A DNA stretch of 64,000 nucleotides from an uncultured virus (IMG/VR IMGVR_UViG_3300048780_000186) (IMGVR_UViG_3300048780_000186), one strand, 5' to 3'; counted from the stretch's first letter, positions 35,211 to 45,428 are shown. Made by a program: numbers and translations. Notes: a model not told the origin generated them from the sequence alone.

Positions 35211-35558
35211 TTGAGCGCCCACCCCACCACAGCCATCGACATCGCCAAGCTGCTTGCAGCCGACAATGTGTCCACAGCGGACCGCATCTGGGCAGTTGAC
35301 TTTGAAGCCAAAATGCCGGCTGAACTGATCACCGAAGAAGATTTGAAGTGCCCCGATTGTGGCGAGGTCCATGACCCCAGCCTGGAGAACGCCCGGGTGG
35401 TTGCCGACACCGTCACCGTTCTCGGCGGTCCTGATGCCCAGGTGTCAGTGGATCGAGTCCGTGAGTACATCCTCAACCGGGAACTCGAAGCTGGCTTGCG
35501 CATGACCGACTTCGTTCTCACTGGCGTCAAGCTGCTCGCTGCTGCGGAGGTGGTGTAG
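35211..35558 (+). CDS. hypothetical protein (CPDCG.VH)
   Basis: AGGAG RBS before TTG start. Confidence 0.65.
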   Translation: MSAHPTTAIDIAKLLAADNVSTADRIWAVDFEAKMPAELITEEDLKCPDCGEVHDPSLENARVVADTVTVLGGPDAQVSVDRVREYILNRELEAGLRMTDFVLTGVKLLAAAEVV

Positions 35559-36019
35559 TGCTCGAGAACTCAAACAATCCCGCCGTCACCCAGCAGGGTG
35601 TTCATGCTGTGGAGACGCCGGCAGACCTGTTCAGCGATCCGCCGTTCGGTCATCTTTTTGCAGAGCTGACCGATCTCGCTGCGGCAACGGCCGCCAGCTT
35701 CCGCACCGTCCTGGTGCCACCGGACACGCCGCTGTTCTGCTTCTACTGCCACGATACCGAGGCGCCGGAATACCGCCTGCGCCGCAAGGCCGGCAAGTAC
35801 GTCGCACTCTGCCACCGGCCTGGAACCATCGAAGGCTGCTGGGATCGTGATGTGGCTCCCATGTGCGAGTACAAGAACCACGAAGCTGTCCAGTGCGACC
35901 AGGTCGCCGAGTGGGTGGTTGCCTTCGGGAAGGATATGCTGATGCGGACCCACCGCTGTCTGATCCACGTTCCGCCGGCGCTTTCCGATGTTTCCGAGCA
36001 CCGGGTCTTTCCTATCTAG
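35558..36019 (+). CDS. Cys/His-rich hypothetical protein
   Basis: Coupled to upstream gene. Confidence 0.65.
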   Translation: MLENSNNPAVTQQGVHAVETPADLFSDPPFGHLFAELTDLAAATAASFRTVLVPPDTPLFCFYCHDTEAPEYRLRRKAGKYVALCHRPGTIEGCWDRDVAPMCEYKNHEAVQCDQVAEWVVAFGKDMLMRTHRCLIHVPPALSDVSEHRVFPI

Positions 36020-36157
36020 GGTTGCTCTCTGTACGCCAGAGGCCCTTTCTCAGTTGTATCTCTCCCGTCTTTGTTCCTCATTCCAAGCCTCAGTACAAGA
36101 CGGGAGGAATGGCGCGCAAGCGCAGACCTCCCGTTCCACAACCCTTAGGAAGAATCC

Positions 36158-36640
36158 GTGCCCCTCGATCAAACCGGCTATCGCAACACCTTCCCGCTCA
36201 CCAAAGTCCTTGACCGCCTTTTTCTGGGCGGCTTCAAGGACGCTGAGGACCTCAGGTCCGGCAACCCACACAACATCACCCACATCTGCAACTGCACCAC
36301 TGAACCGCTCACGATTCCGTCCAGATCCGTCACCAGCATCATCCAGATGGACCAGCTCGACGGCCACGACTGGGATGTCCAGAAGCTCTACTCGGCTGTC
36401 GATTGGATCCGTCGCGCGCTGCTCGGCGGAGGCACCGTCCTGGCCCATTGCCACGCTGGCATCAGCCGGTCTCCGGTGCTGGTTGCGACCTATCTCTACA
36501 CCTGCGGCTTCGACTTCGACCGCGCGCTCGACCGCATCAAGGCCCAGCGCCCGATCGTGCAGCCTGCACCTGTCGTCCTGGTCAGTGCCAAGCGGGCCTT
36601 TGGTATCTCCCCGCTTGCCATCCACACTATAGGCAGATGA
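36158..36640 (+). CDS. dual-specificity protein phosphatase
   Basis: LFLGG, VLAHCHAGISRS (HCx5R), IKAQRPIVQP. Confidence 0.93.
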   Translation: MPLDQTGYRNTFPLTKVLDRLFLGGFKDAEDLRSGNPHNITHICNCTTEPLTIPSRSVTSIIQMDQLDGHDWDVQKLYSAVDWIRRALLGGGTVLAHCHAGISRSPVLVATYLYTCGFDFDRALDRIKAQRPIVQPAPVVLVSAKRAFGISPLAIHTIGR

Positions 36641-36663
36641 ACCCGTCTCGAAGAAAGGCACCA

Positions 36664-37050
36664 ATGCGTAAAACACTGCTTTCAATTCTGTTCCTTCTGC
36701 TGCTGGCTGTTCCGGCGATCGCGCAGAAGCCTGCACCCGCGGCCTCCGCGCCGGCTCAACCTTCGACGGCGCCGGTCAAGCCCAGCGAGGTCGAGGATCT
36801 CAAGATCGAGAATCTCAAGCTCAAGCTGAGCCTTTACACCCAGCACAAGGTGGACCTCCAGCGCGAGGAAGACTCGGTCAATCAGGATGGCGAGAAGCTG
36901 GCTGAGCAGATCATCGCCGATCATCCTGGCCACCACCTGGATTTCAAGACTTTGACGATCGTTTCCGATGCTCCAGCCGAAGCTGTCAAGGCCGCCACCG
37001 ATCCTCCCGCTTCCCAAGCACCGCCGCCCGCCACTCTTTCAAAGAAGTAA
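36664..37050 (+). CDS. exported coiled-coil protein
   Basis: Signal peptide MRKTLLSILFLLLLAVPAIA. Confidence 0.75.
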   Translation: MRKTLLSILFLLLLAVPAIAQKPAPAASAPAQPSTAPVKPSEVEDLKIENLKLKLSLYTQHKVDLQREEDSVNQDGEKLAEQIIADHPGHHLDFKTLTIVSDAPAEAVKAATDPPASQAPPPATLSKK

Positions 37051-37063
37051 TCTGCACTGCCCC

Positions 37064-37096
37064 GACTCGCCGGTTCCCGCCGGCGAGTTCCTCTTT
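37064..37096 (+). terminator. probable intrinsic terminator
   Basis: GACTCGCCGG/CCGGCGAGTT stem and a pyrimidine tail. Confidence 0.55.
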
Positions 37097-37158
37097 ATAA
37101 GAGCCTTCCACTCAATGGACTAACTGCCCGCAATAATCCCTATACTAGGGAGGTATGT

Positions 37159-37878
37159 ATGGCAACTCCTGGTCTTATTCCGATTTCGGAAGACCTGGCC
37201 CTTTTCCCCGTCCCCACCGAGAATGTGAATGGCCTCCTCGCCACCAGCGAGGACCTCGGCCTCACTGTTGAGGAAAAGCAAGAACTCGACAACTACCAGA
37301 CTGCGCTGCGGATTCTTGGTCCAGCAGCCGGCGCTGTGCTCATGTGTCCCGGCAACCAGGAGAATGTAGCGGACGAGGACAAGTGTCCGTACTCGTCGAA
37401 GTGTCCCTTGCTCCGGATGCACAAGGCCCCGGCGGACAAGATGTGTCCCGTTGAACGCCTGATTGTCGAAGAGCGTTTCAACGCCTGGTGCAGAGAGCTT
37501 TCCACCGACCCGGTCCTGGCGAAGGAATCTGACCGGGTCGCTATTTCCGATCTCTGCTGGATCGATCTTCAGATGCAGCGTTCGCTGCACATCCTGAGCA
37601 AAGGAGATGAAGCTCGCCTCACGGTGACCAATCCCAAGGATGTTCACCCAGAGACATTCCTTCCTATCTCCTGGGAGAAAGTCATCCACCCGAACGTCGA
37701 GCTTTTGGTAACACTGCAGACCCAGCGCAGAATGATCTTGAAAGATTGGATGCTGACTCCTGAGCAGAAGTGGAAGAGGGAGAAGGCGGAAGGCAAGGGG
37801 TCTGGCAAGGACATCGCCAGCAAGCAATCAGCACGGGCCGACAAGCTCAGAGCGATCAAGTCAAGCAACGAGGATTAG
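37159..37878 (+). CDS. Cys-rich protein, possible terminase small subunit
   Basis: CP...CPY...CPL...CPVE, helical body ending ILKDWMLTPEQK; follows CCTATACTAG and a GGAGG RBS; function is inference. Confidence 0.5.
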   Translation: MATPGLIPISEDLALFPVPTENVNGLLATSEDLGLTVEEKQELDNYQTALRILGPAAGAVLMCPGNQENVADEDKCPYSSKCPLLRMHKAPADKMCPVERLIVEERFNAWCRELSTDPVLAKESDRVAISDLCWIDLQMQRSLHILSKGDEARLTVTNPKDVHPETFLPISWEKVIHPNVELLVTLQTQRRMILKDWMLTPEQKWKREKAEGKGSGKDIASKQSARADKLRAIKSSNED

Positions 37879-37968
37879 ACGGATCCCCACACGGAGATGG
37901 ACCCAAATCCACCCGTACTCGCCGGGCCAACTGAAAGGTTGGCCTGGTGAATCCCCCAAGAGGTAAGA

Positions 37969-39585
37969 ATGTCAGGACGCGGCAGACCAAGGGCAAGCAT
38001 CACCAGCGAGCAGGTTGCAGCCGAATTCAAGACTGGGTTGAACGTCAAACAGATCGCCAAGAAGTACAACTGCTCTCCTGACACAGTCGAGCGCAGGGCG
38101 AACCCTACAGGCAGGAAAGACAAGCGTGTAGGGCATCATGGTGCTTCCGCCGCAAAGCCTTCCCCTTCTCCTGTCGACATTGGAACCTTCAAGACCACCG
38201 CTGAGGCAGAAGCTGAGGATCTGTCGAAATCGGATGCGCAGCCCACTACTTCCGTCAATGGACGGCAGTGGCTGCTCTCCAAGGTGGTGGGCAACGACAT
38301 CCGCCAACGGTACTGGTACAACAAGGATCAGGATCGCTACATCACGGTGATCCGCGGCGTGGGCGAGCCGATCGTGACCTCCGGCGCCGAGCACCGCGCT
38401 ATCTGTGAAGCCTATTCCAACATGGTTGGGAAGAGCTCCACCCTGAATGAGATTGCGCGCGACTTCGGCATGCCCAGAGCCTGGCTGATCCAGTATCTGC
38501 ACATCCACGGCATCACCCACGACAAGGAACCCTTCTCAGCCGAAGAGCTGATCGAGCGGACCACCGACGACCTGGTTGAAGATCTCTACAACATGAAGCG
38601 CCGGGCGGTCTTCACCGCCATGAACGAGAAGTCCTGGAAGGAGATCAAGAAACGGGCTGCCTTGTGGGACAACTTTGAGCATTCGGTGTCACGGGTTGTC
38701 GACGACTGGGCCAACCGCTTCGTTCCAGACTACCGTCCGCAGTTGGTGAACATCATTCGTGCGTCGAGGCCCTTCTCGGCCGTGTTCCTGCCGATGGACT
38801 TCCATTATGGAAAGGGATCCTGGTTCGACGAAGCCGGCCACAGCTACACACGGCAGAGTTGTAAGGAGCTTCTGAAGTTCCACACCGAGAACATCCTGAA
38901 CAGTCTGGTGGCGCGTGGCCGCCCCACTCGCATCGTCGTTCCCTTCGGTTCCGACTGGTTCCATGTGGACAATCAGTTCGGCAGCACCACGCGCGGCACG
39001 CCTCAGGATCTGGACGGCACACCCGAGATGATCCTCAGTGAAGGCCTCGAGTTCAAGGTCGAGTTCTGCGATTGGCTTCGTCAGGTCGCACCAATCGTGC
39101 TTCTTCCTTGCCCCGGCAACCACGATCACCACTCCGACATTGCCTTGATGAAGTACCTGCAGGCTTGGTACCGCAAAGACGACGACGTGCAGATAGTCGA
39201 CAGCCTGATGAGCCGCAACTACTACGTCTGCGACAACACGCTGATCGGCGCCACCCACGGCAACGATGTCAACCTGTCTGACCTGCCCACCCTGATGGCC
39301 AATGAACGCCGCCAGGAATGGGCCCAGACCGACCATCAGATATTTGTCACCGGACACACCCATGGCGAAGTGCTTGAGGACGACGGTGGCATCATGCATT
39401 ACACCTGCCCGTCGCTGTCGGCGGCAGATCGGTGGCATGAAGGCCGCGGCTACAACCTCAACCGCCAGGCGATGGCTGCGATCATTCTCGACGAAGAGGA
39501 CGGCCCCACCAACTTCGTCGTCTCAGCACGCCAGAACCGGACCACCGTCGGCTTCAACATCAAGAACCGGTCGAGGGCGGCCTAA
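37969..39585 (+). CDS. HTH-containing calcineurin-like metallophosphoesterase
   Basis: DFHYG, GSDWFH.D, GNHD, THG, GHTH; N-terminal HTH (VKQIAKKYNCSPDTV). Confidence 0.88.
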   Translation: MSGRGRPRASITSEQVAAEFKTGLNVKQIAKKYNCSPDTVERRANPTGRKDKRVGHHGASAAKPSPSPVDIGTFKTTAEAEAEDLSKSDAQPTTSVNGRQWLLSKVVGNDIRQRYWYNKDQDRYITVIRGVGEPIVTSGAEHRAICEAYSNMVGKSSTLNEIARDFGMPRAWLIQYLHIHGITHDKEPFSAEELIERTTDDLVEDLYNMKRRAVFTAMNEKSWKEIKKRAALWDNFEHSVSRVVDDWANRFVPDYRPQLVNIIRASRPFSAVFLPMDFHYGKGSWFDEAGHSYTRQSCKELLKFHTENILNSLVARGRPTRIVVPFGSDWFHVDNQFGSTTRGTPQDLDGTPEMILSEGLEFKVEFCDWLRQVAPIVLLPCPGNHDHHSDIALMKYLQAWYRKDDDVQIVDSLMSRNYYVCDNTLIGATHGNDVNLSDLPTLMANERRQEWAQTDHQIFVTGHTHGEVLEDDGGIMHYTCPSLSAADRWHEGRGYNLNRQAMAAIILDEEDGPTNFVVSARQNRTTVGFNIKNRSRAA

Positions 39586-40003
39586 CCCACAACAGTTAGG
39601 AGCACCAACCGACAGCGCGCCTACCACCGGCGCGCTGTTGTCGCATTCGGTAGGACAGAACCATGAAACCCTTCTCCGCACAGATCAAGAAGCCCGTACG
39701 AAAGACCGGACTGGCCGCGATGCCCACCCGTGTCATCAAGACAGGCGCAAGCCGGTCCGTAGTCGGCGGAGTCGCGCGTTCAGCCAGGACCGCCGGCGCC
39801 CGCAGGCTCCGCGGAGTTTGATTCCTATACTGATGCTGTATGGCCTTGACATTTGACCCATGCAAGCCCTTGAAAACACGGGGCAGCGGTAGTGGGTCAA
39901 AACTTACCCTTTGCAGGACATTTTCGAGACAGATTTACGCGGCGAAAAAAGCCTGTCTTTTCAACGGGCAACTTCTGCCGCGAATCTCTTAAAGTTTGCA
40001 AAC

Positions 40004-40660
40004 CTAGTGCGTCACCGCAAGCGAAAGCAGATGAACCTCGACTGACATGAAGAGGTCAATGAAATCAGCAGCGCCCATAAAGTCAAACACTGCACCCTGA
40101 GTGGTTGGCGTGATTTCGAACATAGTTCCTACTGGTGATCTGACTGAAGCGGAAAAGTTGTTTGCGGGATGCCTAGCCAACTGGGCTGGGCGATCAATTC
40201 GGAATCCACCGTGAGCGACGCCATTCCGAAGATGTCTGACAAGTTCTAGGTGCGGAGCCCTATCAAAGTATTGATTTTTATCGAGAGCATCAGCAAGCGT
40301 TATTAATCCCCCGACTAGCCAAACACGATCTAAGTCATCTTTTGTTTTCAAGTTCTCGAAAGCTTCGCGGAGATAGTGGTCGAACGCGAAAACGTGCTTA
40401 GTGCCGTCCTTGCGCTCTACCTCGCGCGTATTAGTCCAATTAATAGGTTGGCTACGATCAACGCTCTCCGCAACATCAATGATCGAGGAATGGACATAAT
40501 ACCCGCCCGCAAGCCGATGAGCCAATCGCCCAGTGCGGAAAGCTTCAAGGCTCAAAAGGGGGCGCATGTTCCCCCCGCAATTGCAACGCGCTTCGGACAG
40601 CGTTGCATCGATCAGCTGAACAGTGTCGCATCCGAAGCAAATAGCGTCCTTGATTGCCAT
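40004..40660 (-). CDS. HEPN-like protein
   Basis: Helical protein with RHLRNGVAH (Rx4H); lower GC, opposite strand to flanks. Confidence 0.55.
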   Translation of the reverse strand: MAIKDAICFGCDTVQLIDATLSEARCNCGGNMRPLLSLEAFRTGRLAHRLAGGYYVHSSIIDVAESVDRSQPINWTNTREVERKDGTKHVFAFDHYLREAFENLKTKDDLDRVWLVGGLITLADALDKNQYFDRAPHLELVRHLRNGVAHGGFRIDRPAQLARHPANNFSASVRSPVGTMFEITPTTQGAVFDFMGAADFIDLFMSVEVHLLSLAVTH

Positions 40661-40854
40661 GTTGCGATGCTACAGGACAAAAAATCGGGAAGCCAGCATG
40701 GTTGTTGCCGCGTCCCGAAACCTACCCCTCGTGGCCCAGCCCGCCGCACAGGTGAAGCGAGGACAGAGAGCGCAAGCGCCACGCGCAGCCCCTAAACGGC
40801 CTTCGCTAGGTTAAGGCCAATTAAGCAGTTTCGAGGGGTTGGGAAAAATAGCGA

Positions 40855-42000
40855 TTATGGCTTCGCCTGATGCGCCTCAAACCACTTCCGCGCTCGTTCC
40901 TGTTCGCGGGATAGGTCCGCGGGAGTCATGTGTGACGCGACTTCATCTCGCCGCCCCGCAGCGAGTGGGATTGGCGACTCGCGCGCGGCCGCTAGATTAA
41001 GCCAAAAGTAGGCTTCAGCGTAATCTTGGGGTACACCCTGACCATCCTTGTACCAAACCCCAAGCTTGTATTGCGCGAAATCGTCTCCCTGTTCAGCCGC
41101 CTTGCGATACCAAAAAACCGCTTGTGCGTAGTCCTGGGGTACACCCTCGCCGTCGCTGTACAAATGCCCAAGTATTGACTGCGCGCTACGGTTTCCCTGC
41201 TCAGCGGCCTTGCGGTACCAGGTTACGGCTTGAGCGTCGTCCTCGGGCACACCCGTCCCGCTGCTGTACAAATCCCCAAGCATCTCCTGCGCGTATGCGT
41301 CTCCCTTTTCAGCAGCCTTGCGATACCAGGTTGCGGCTTGACGATACCAAGTTGTGGCTTGAGCGTGGTCCTGGGGCACACCCTCCCCGTCCCTGTACAA
41401 ATCCCCAAGGCTCTTCTGCGCGTGAGCGTTGCCCTGTTCAGCAGCCTTGCGAAACCAGAGCGCAGACTGAGCGTAGTCTTGGGGCACACCGTCGCCTATG
41501 TAGTACAAGTCCCCTAGGCTGGCCTGCGCATCCGCATCTCCCTGATCGGCAGCCTTGCGATACCAGAGCGCAGCCTGAGCGTAGTTTCGGGGCACGCCTT
41601 GGCCCTCATCATACAAAGCCCCGAGCATCCATTGCGCGTCAGCGTCGCCTTGCTCAGCCGCCTTGCGAAACCAAGCTGCCGCTTGAGCGTAGTCCTGTGA
41701 CACACCTTTGCCGTATTCATACAAAGACCCAAGTCTCTCTTGCGCCGAGGCATCGCCCTGCTCAGCCGCCTTGCGAAACCAAGTCGCGGCTTGAGCGCGG
41801 TCCTGGGGCACACCCGTCCCGCTGCTGTACATCGCCGCCAGGACGTATTGCGCCGTAGCGTCGCCATTGGCTGCTTGCTGTTTGATGACGGCGACCCTCT
41901 TTTGATCAGATGTTGGCGACGCGCTCTGCTGTGCCCATGCGCCGGGCGCTGGGATGATTAGGGACGAAATAATCAGCCAAAGAAAGAATCGAGATTTCAT
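40855..42000 (-). CDS. exported Sel1-like repeat protein
   Basis: Signal peptide and about eight AQ..LG.LY..G.GVPQD..QA..W.RKAAEQG repeats. Confidence 0.95.
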   Translation of the reverse strand: MKSRFFLWLIISSLIIPAPGAWAQQSASPTSDQKRVAVIKQQAANGDATAQYVLAAMYSSGTGVPQDRAQAATWFRKAAEQGDASAQERLGSLYEYGKGVSQDYAQAAAWFRKAAEQGDADAQWMLGALYDEGQGVPRNYAQAALWYRKAADQGDADAQASLGDLYYIGDGVPQDYAQSALWFRKAAEQGNAHAQKSLGDLYRDGEGVPQDHAQATTWYRQAATWYRKAAEKGDAYAQEMLGDLYSSGTGVPEDDAQAVTWYRKAAEQGNRSAQSILGHLYSDGEGVPQDYAQAVFWYRKAAEQGDDFAQYKLGVWYKDGQGVPQDYAEAYFWLNLAAARESPIPLAAGRRDEVASHMTPADLSREQERARKWFEAHQAKP

Positions 42001-42023
42001 AGTGTCCCTCTTTCCGCGCTCCC

Positions 42024-42150
42024 CTACCGCCTGAACTGCCGCCGGATCGCAAGCAGAAACAGCGCAAACAAGGATGAAGTCAGCAACGTCTCAACAATCG
42101 CAAGAACCCGCCCCAGCGGATATCCTTGCGCTGTTCTTTGAGGACTTCGA
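42024..42150 (-). pseudogene. C-terminal remnant of a membrane protein
   Basis: YPLGRVLAIVETLLTSSLFALFLLAIRRQFRR* without a credible start. Confidence 0.45.
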
Positions 42151-42189
42151 ACAAAGACTGGAAAAGCTGTAATTCCGGGGTCATAGGGC

Positions 42190-42594
42190 CTACTTTTGAG
42201 CATTGATGAATCGGCAGGCTGCTTCGGAAGCACTTTTGCCGTGATTCTTGTCGGTTGCGAACACCAATTTCCCTTGTTTGTCATAAACTGTGATGTAGTA
42301 ATGGAGTAAAAACCCACGCCACGGGTCGGATTCGCTTGCGAGAACGACGTACTCTGCCTCAGATTCATCACGAACGATAGAAACATTCGGGCATGAGTTG
42401 CCAAAACCTTTCACGATTAAAAGAGATTGCGCTTCCCCCGTAGATCGCGGGTCGATTGCGACCTTGACCTGGCGTGGAGATGGTTGATCTTTGCCTTTTC
42501 GGGCATCCGCCGTAGAGGTGGACTGTGCCGATGTTCCCACAGTCCCCGCCAGCAGCGCCAAGGATGCCCAGATGGGAATGAATTGTAGCCTCAT
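42190..42594 (-). CDS. exported hypothetical protein
   Basis: Signal peptide MRLQFIPIWASLALLAGTVGTSA. Confidence 0.7.
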   Translation of the reverse strand: MRLQFIPIWASLALLAGTVGTSAQSTSTADARKGKDQPSPRQVKVAIDPRSTGEAQSLLIVKGFGNSCPNVSIVRDESEAEYVVLASESDPWRGFLLHYYITVYDKQGKLVFATDKNHGKSASEAACRFINAQK

Positions 42595-43087
42595 GACCTT
42601 ACCCTTTCCTGTCACACATCAGCCCGACGAACTGCCAGCACGGGACCAGTCATCCTGAAAGTGGCTTGCGAAAATGATACACCTGCAAGCGCGCGGTATT
42701 GGGGTCCGGGAAGCAACGGAACAGCCCCCGTTACTGGCACTTCAGGCACGACCACAGCAAGGGGTTCTAAGCCCAAACCGTTTCACTAGAGACCCAAGCC
42801 AAAATCGAAGCTCTGCTCCTGCTTCTGTTCCAGCTTCATCTCCGGCACATGGGCGCTGCTGTGCGAGACATCATGCCCCAGCGCCGCTCCCAGCTTCTCG
42901 CGGTCGTTGGTGAAGATTTGCGCGTCGTATGCGCCGTGCAAAACAGCCCAAGTCACCCATTCAGGAACGTCTTGATCACGGTTGCTGCTTCGCAACGCCG
43001 GTAAAACGGCGTTTGTTTTGATTTGCAGAAGCCGCTTCGGGGATTCGCCAACAGAACCCTATACTAGACAGCTTCCAGGAGTCCGAA

Positions 43088-43336
43088 GTGAACAATCCCT
43101 TCAATCCGATCATGAGCACACTGAGGGCAACGAACTGGCGAGCTGCCGGGTTTGCCGCGGCTTCTGGAGGTGCTCAGTTTGCTGCCGGCTCCGCAGCGGT
43201 GGGCGCCATCGTCGGACGGAAGAACCACAAAGTCAGTGCCATGGGAAGAGGGGCACTGTACGGAGGTGCAGCCGGCGCTGTGGGTGCTGCTGGCTTCTCT
43301 ATATGGGCCCAACGCGCTCTCCGGGCTGCAGCGTAA
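43088..43336 (+). CDS. small Gly/Ala-rich hydrophobic protein
   Basis: GxxxG-rich; follows CCTATACTAG and an AGGAG RBS. Confidence 0.7.
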   Translation: MNNPFNPIMSTLRATNWRAAGFAAASGGAQFAAGSAAVGAIVGRKNHKVSAMGRGALYGGAAGAVGAAGFSIWAQRALRAAA

Positions 43337-43357
43337 CCAATAGATTCGGAAGGCTAC

Positions 43358-44032
43358 TTGCCCAGATTTGCTCCAGCAACACTCGCCGTCATGTCCGGCT
43401 CCGCAGTTCTTGGCGGAGCATTCGGCTTTTCGCGCGCCAGTGCCGCTGCTCAGGATGATCCTGCTCCTGAGCGGCTTGGATTCTCGATTGTTCAAGGCGG
43501 GGCTACGGCCGCCGTGGCCGCCGGCGTCGGAGCGTTCGCGTGGAAGAGCCGTGACATCCTGGCTCCCGCAGCCTGGGGAACGGCCAGAGGCATCGGCGAG
43601 AGTGCCACCCGGTCCATAAGCCGTGCCTTTCAGACCAAAGGGCTCACCGGGATGCTGAGTCACCCTCTCACCATGGCAGGCTTCGGCGCGGTCGCTGGGG
43701 GCCTGATCGGTTCCAAGTTGAGTGACGACCCCGTCAGAGGAGCCGCCGCCGGCGCGGCCATCGGGGGCGTAACGACTCTGGCTGCCCGCGGAGCAACGAA
43801 ACTCTGGGGCGGATCTCCCTGGTATGCGAAGGCTGCCCTTGTGGCGGCCGCTGCCATTGGAGCCGGTACTGCGACGCGCGCCTTTACGCACGAAGATTCC
43901 TATGCCGCCGAGGATCACGCCGTCAGTGACGGTTCCGGAGGATACGAGACTGAGCCCGGCGTGCGCCGGCGTATGAGTTCGATGAATGCCACAGGAGACG
44001 TGGTCTTTGGTCTCCATTCAAGGCGGCACTAA
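43358..44032 (+). CDS. Gly/Ala-rich (glycine-zipper) protein
   Basis: GAVAGGLIG, GAAAGAAIGG segments. Confidence 0.7.
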   Translation: MPRFAPATLAVMSGSAVLGGAFGFSRASAAAQDDPAPERLGFSIVQGGATAAVAAGVGAFAWKSRDILAPAAWGTARGIGESATRSISRAFQTKGLTGMLSHPLTMAGFGAVAGGLIGSKLSDDPVRGAAAGAAIGGVTTLAARGATKLWGGSPWYAKAALVAAAAIGAGTATRAFTHEDSYAAEDHAVSDGSGGYETEPGVRRRMSSMNATGDVVFGLHSRRH

Positions 44033-44565
44033 TGCTGGCGACGCTCACTCAGTCTGCGCAGAGCAACTTCACCAACACCGTCCAGTTCATTGGATCGATC
44101 CCAGCGCCCTATTGGAAAAGAGCCGCTCTTTCTGTAGGACTTCCTGGCTCTACCCTCGATGTCCAATCAATGGCGCAGGAAATGTCTTCTGCCCAGCGCG
44201 GCGAGATCGTTCCGACGACTTTGGGGATCGGAGCAGGTGTAGCAGTTGCTCCGGTCCTCCAAGGGGCAATGGCAATGGGGATTTCAACTGCGGCGGCTGC
44301 AATTGGCATTTCTATACCTGGGATTGGGACTCTCGCATGGCTGGCGTCCCTCTATCCGGATGCGGCAATCGGAGCGGGAGCCCGAAACACTGTGCGCGCC
44401 GTGACTGACCTTGGTCGGCAGATCCGCCATCTGGAGTTTGGTGGGCACTACACCGACACGGAGACGGCCCAGCGCCTGCGTATGCAGGCTTTCTATGAGA
44501 TGAGCGGCGCCACTTCGGCGGCCCGCCGTTACCTGGGCCAAGAGGCCTACTTCCTTCACCGGTAA
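44032..44565 (+). CDS. hypothetical virion-module protein
   Basis: Coupled ORF ending ARRYLGQEAYFLHR. Confidence 0.7.
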   Translation: MLATLTQSAQSNFTNTVQFIGSIPAPYWKRAALSVGLPGSTLDVQSMAQEMSSAQRGEIVPTTLGIGAGVAVAPVLQGAMAMGISTAAAAIGISIPGIGTLAWLASLYPDAAIGAGARNTVRAVTDLGRQIRHLEFGGHYTDTETAQRLRMQAFYEMSGATSAARRYLGQEAYFLHR

Positions 44566-44575
44566 TGGAGACAAA

Positions 44576-44851
44576 GTGAACAACCCACTCAATGCAATTT
44601 GGAGTTCTCTCAGCTCGGCAGCCAAATGGACGGCTGGCCGGGTGTCACAACCTGGAATTGCAAGGAATGCCGCGATTGGCACAGGTATCGTCGCCGGTGC
44701 CGGCATTGCCGGCGGGGTCGGCGGCGCCTACAAGAACTGGGCATACGGCGGAAACCAGGATAAGGCCCGGTCCGCCCGGATCGGCGCAACCCTCGGTGTC
44801 CTCGGAGCAGGTTCTGTGCTCGGAGCTCGTGCCCTTGCGAAGCGCGTCTAA
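44576..44851 (+). CDS. small Gly/Ala-rich protein (resembles 43088-43336)
   Basis: Shared MNNP.N.I.S.L..A.W.A start. Confidence 0.7.
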   Translation: MNNPLNAIWSSLSSAAKWTAGRVSQPGIARNAAIGTGIVAGAGIAGGVGGAYKNWAYGGNQDKARSARIGATLGVLGAGSVLGARALAKRV

Positions 44852-44884
44852 CCCAACCTTCAACCTTCGGAAAGTGAGTGCCTC

Positions 44885-45337
44885 ATGGGATCTCCCGTCA
44901 CCATTCCCAACCCGGCTCCCGGCTGTTCGTACCTGAACTACCCGCGTGCTGTGTTGAATACACCCCATCCTGTTTACGGCGGGAACCTTGCCGGCTTCGG
45001 CGTGGGTGATCTGCCCACCCAATTCGAGTCAGGCCTTCCCGTGTTCACGGCCATCACGGCAAATGCAACTTCGGGGCTGATCGACGTTGCCGCCAACGCA
45101 ATCGAGTTGGATGCGACCTTCAGCGATCTGCACACAAGCTGCACGATCACGGTCTTCCTCGCGGACGGCGAAACAGTCGTCGCCACCTGGAACAATGTGT
45201 CGACTCTCAACAGCGGCAACCTGTATGCCGGCTTTGCCGAGCAGCGCAAGCTCATCGGCGGTGGTTCCCTGGTCTTTCAGGTCTCGAACTACGACGGCGC
45301 CGGCTCCATCACCCTCTCGGTTCGCCGCACCGGCTAA
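44885..45337 (+). CDS. hypothetical beta-rich virion protein
   Basis: 150-aa ORF directly before the terminase. Confidence 0.65.
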   Translation: MGSPVTIPNPAPGCSYLNYPRAVLNTPHPVYGGNLAGFGVGDLPTQFESGLPVFTAITANATSGLIDVAANAIELDATFSDLHTSCTITVFLADGETVVATWNNVSTLNSGNLYAGFAEQRKLIGGGSLVFQVSNYDGAGSITLSVRRTG

Positions 45338-45428
45338 GAGTTGGTGTTTACCCAGAGTAGGCACCCTACAAAGGCTTCGTCCGCTGAGCCAGCCTGGCAA
45401 ATCAGCGGATCTCTCCAAGGAATTCCAC

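Noticed and set aside
41040..41880. Tandem ~108-nt repeats that could suggest a CRISPR array
   Set aside because: They are in-frame Sel1 protein repeats with no unique spacers; no cas genes or CRISPR array seen in the window
45087..45428. N-terminal extension of the terminase ORF in the ORF track
   Set aside because: Overlaps the 44885-45337 gene; a TTG start with RBS at 45429 fits better. The same applies to the extended starts given for portal, capsid and RNA polymerase
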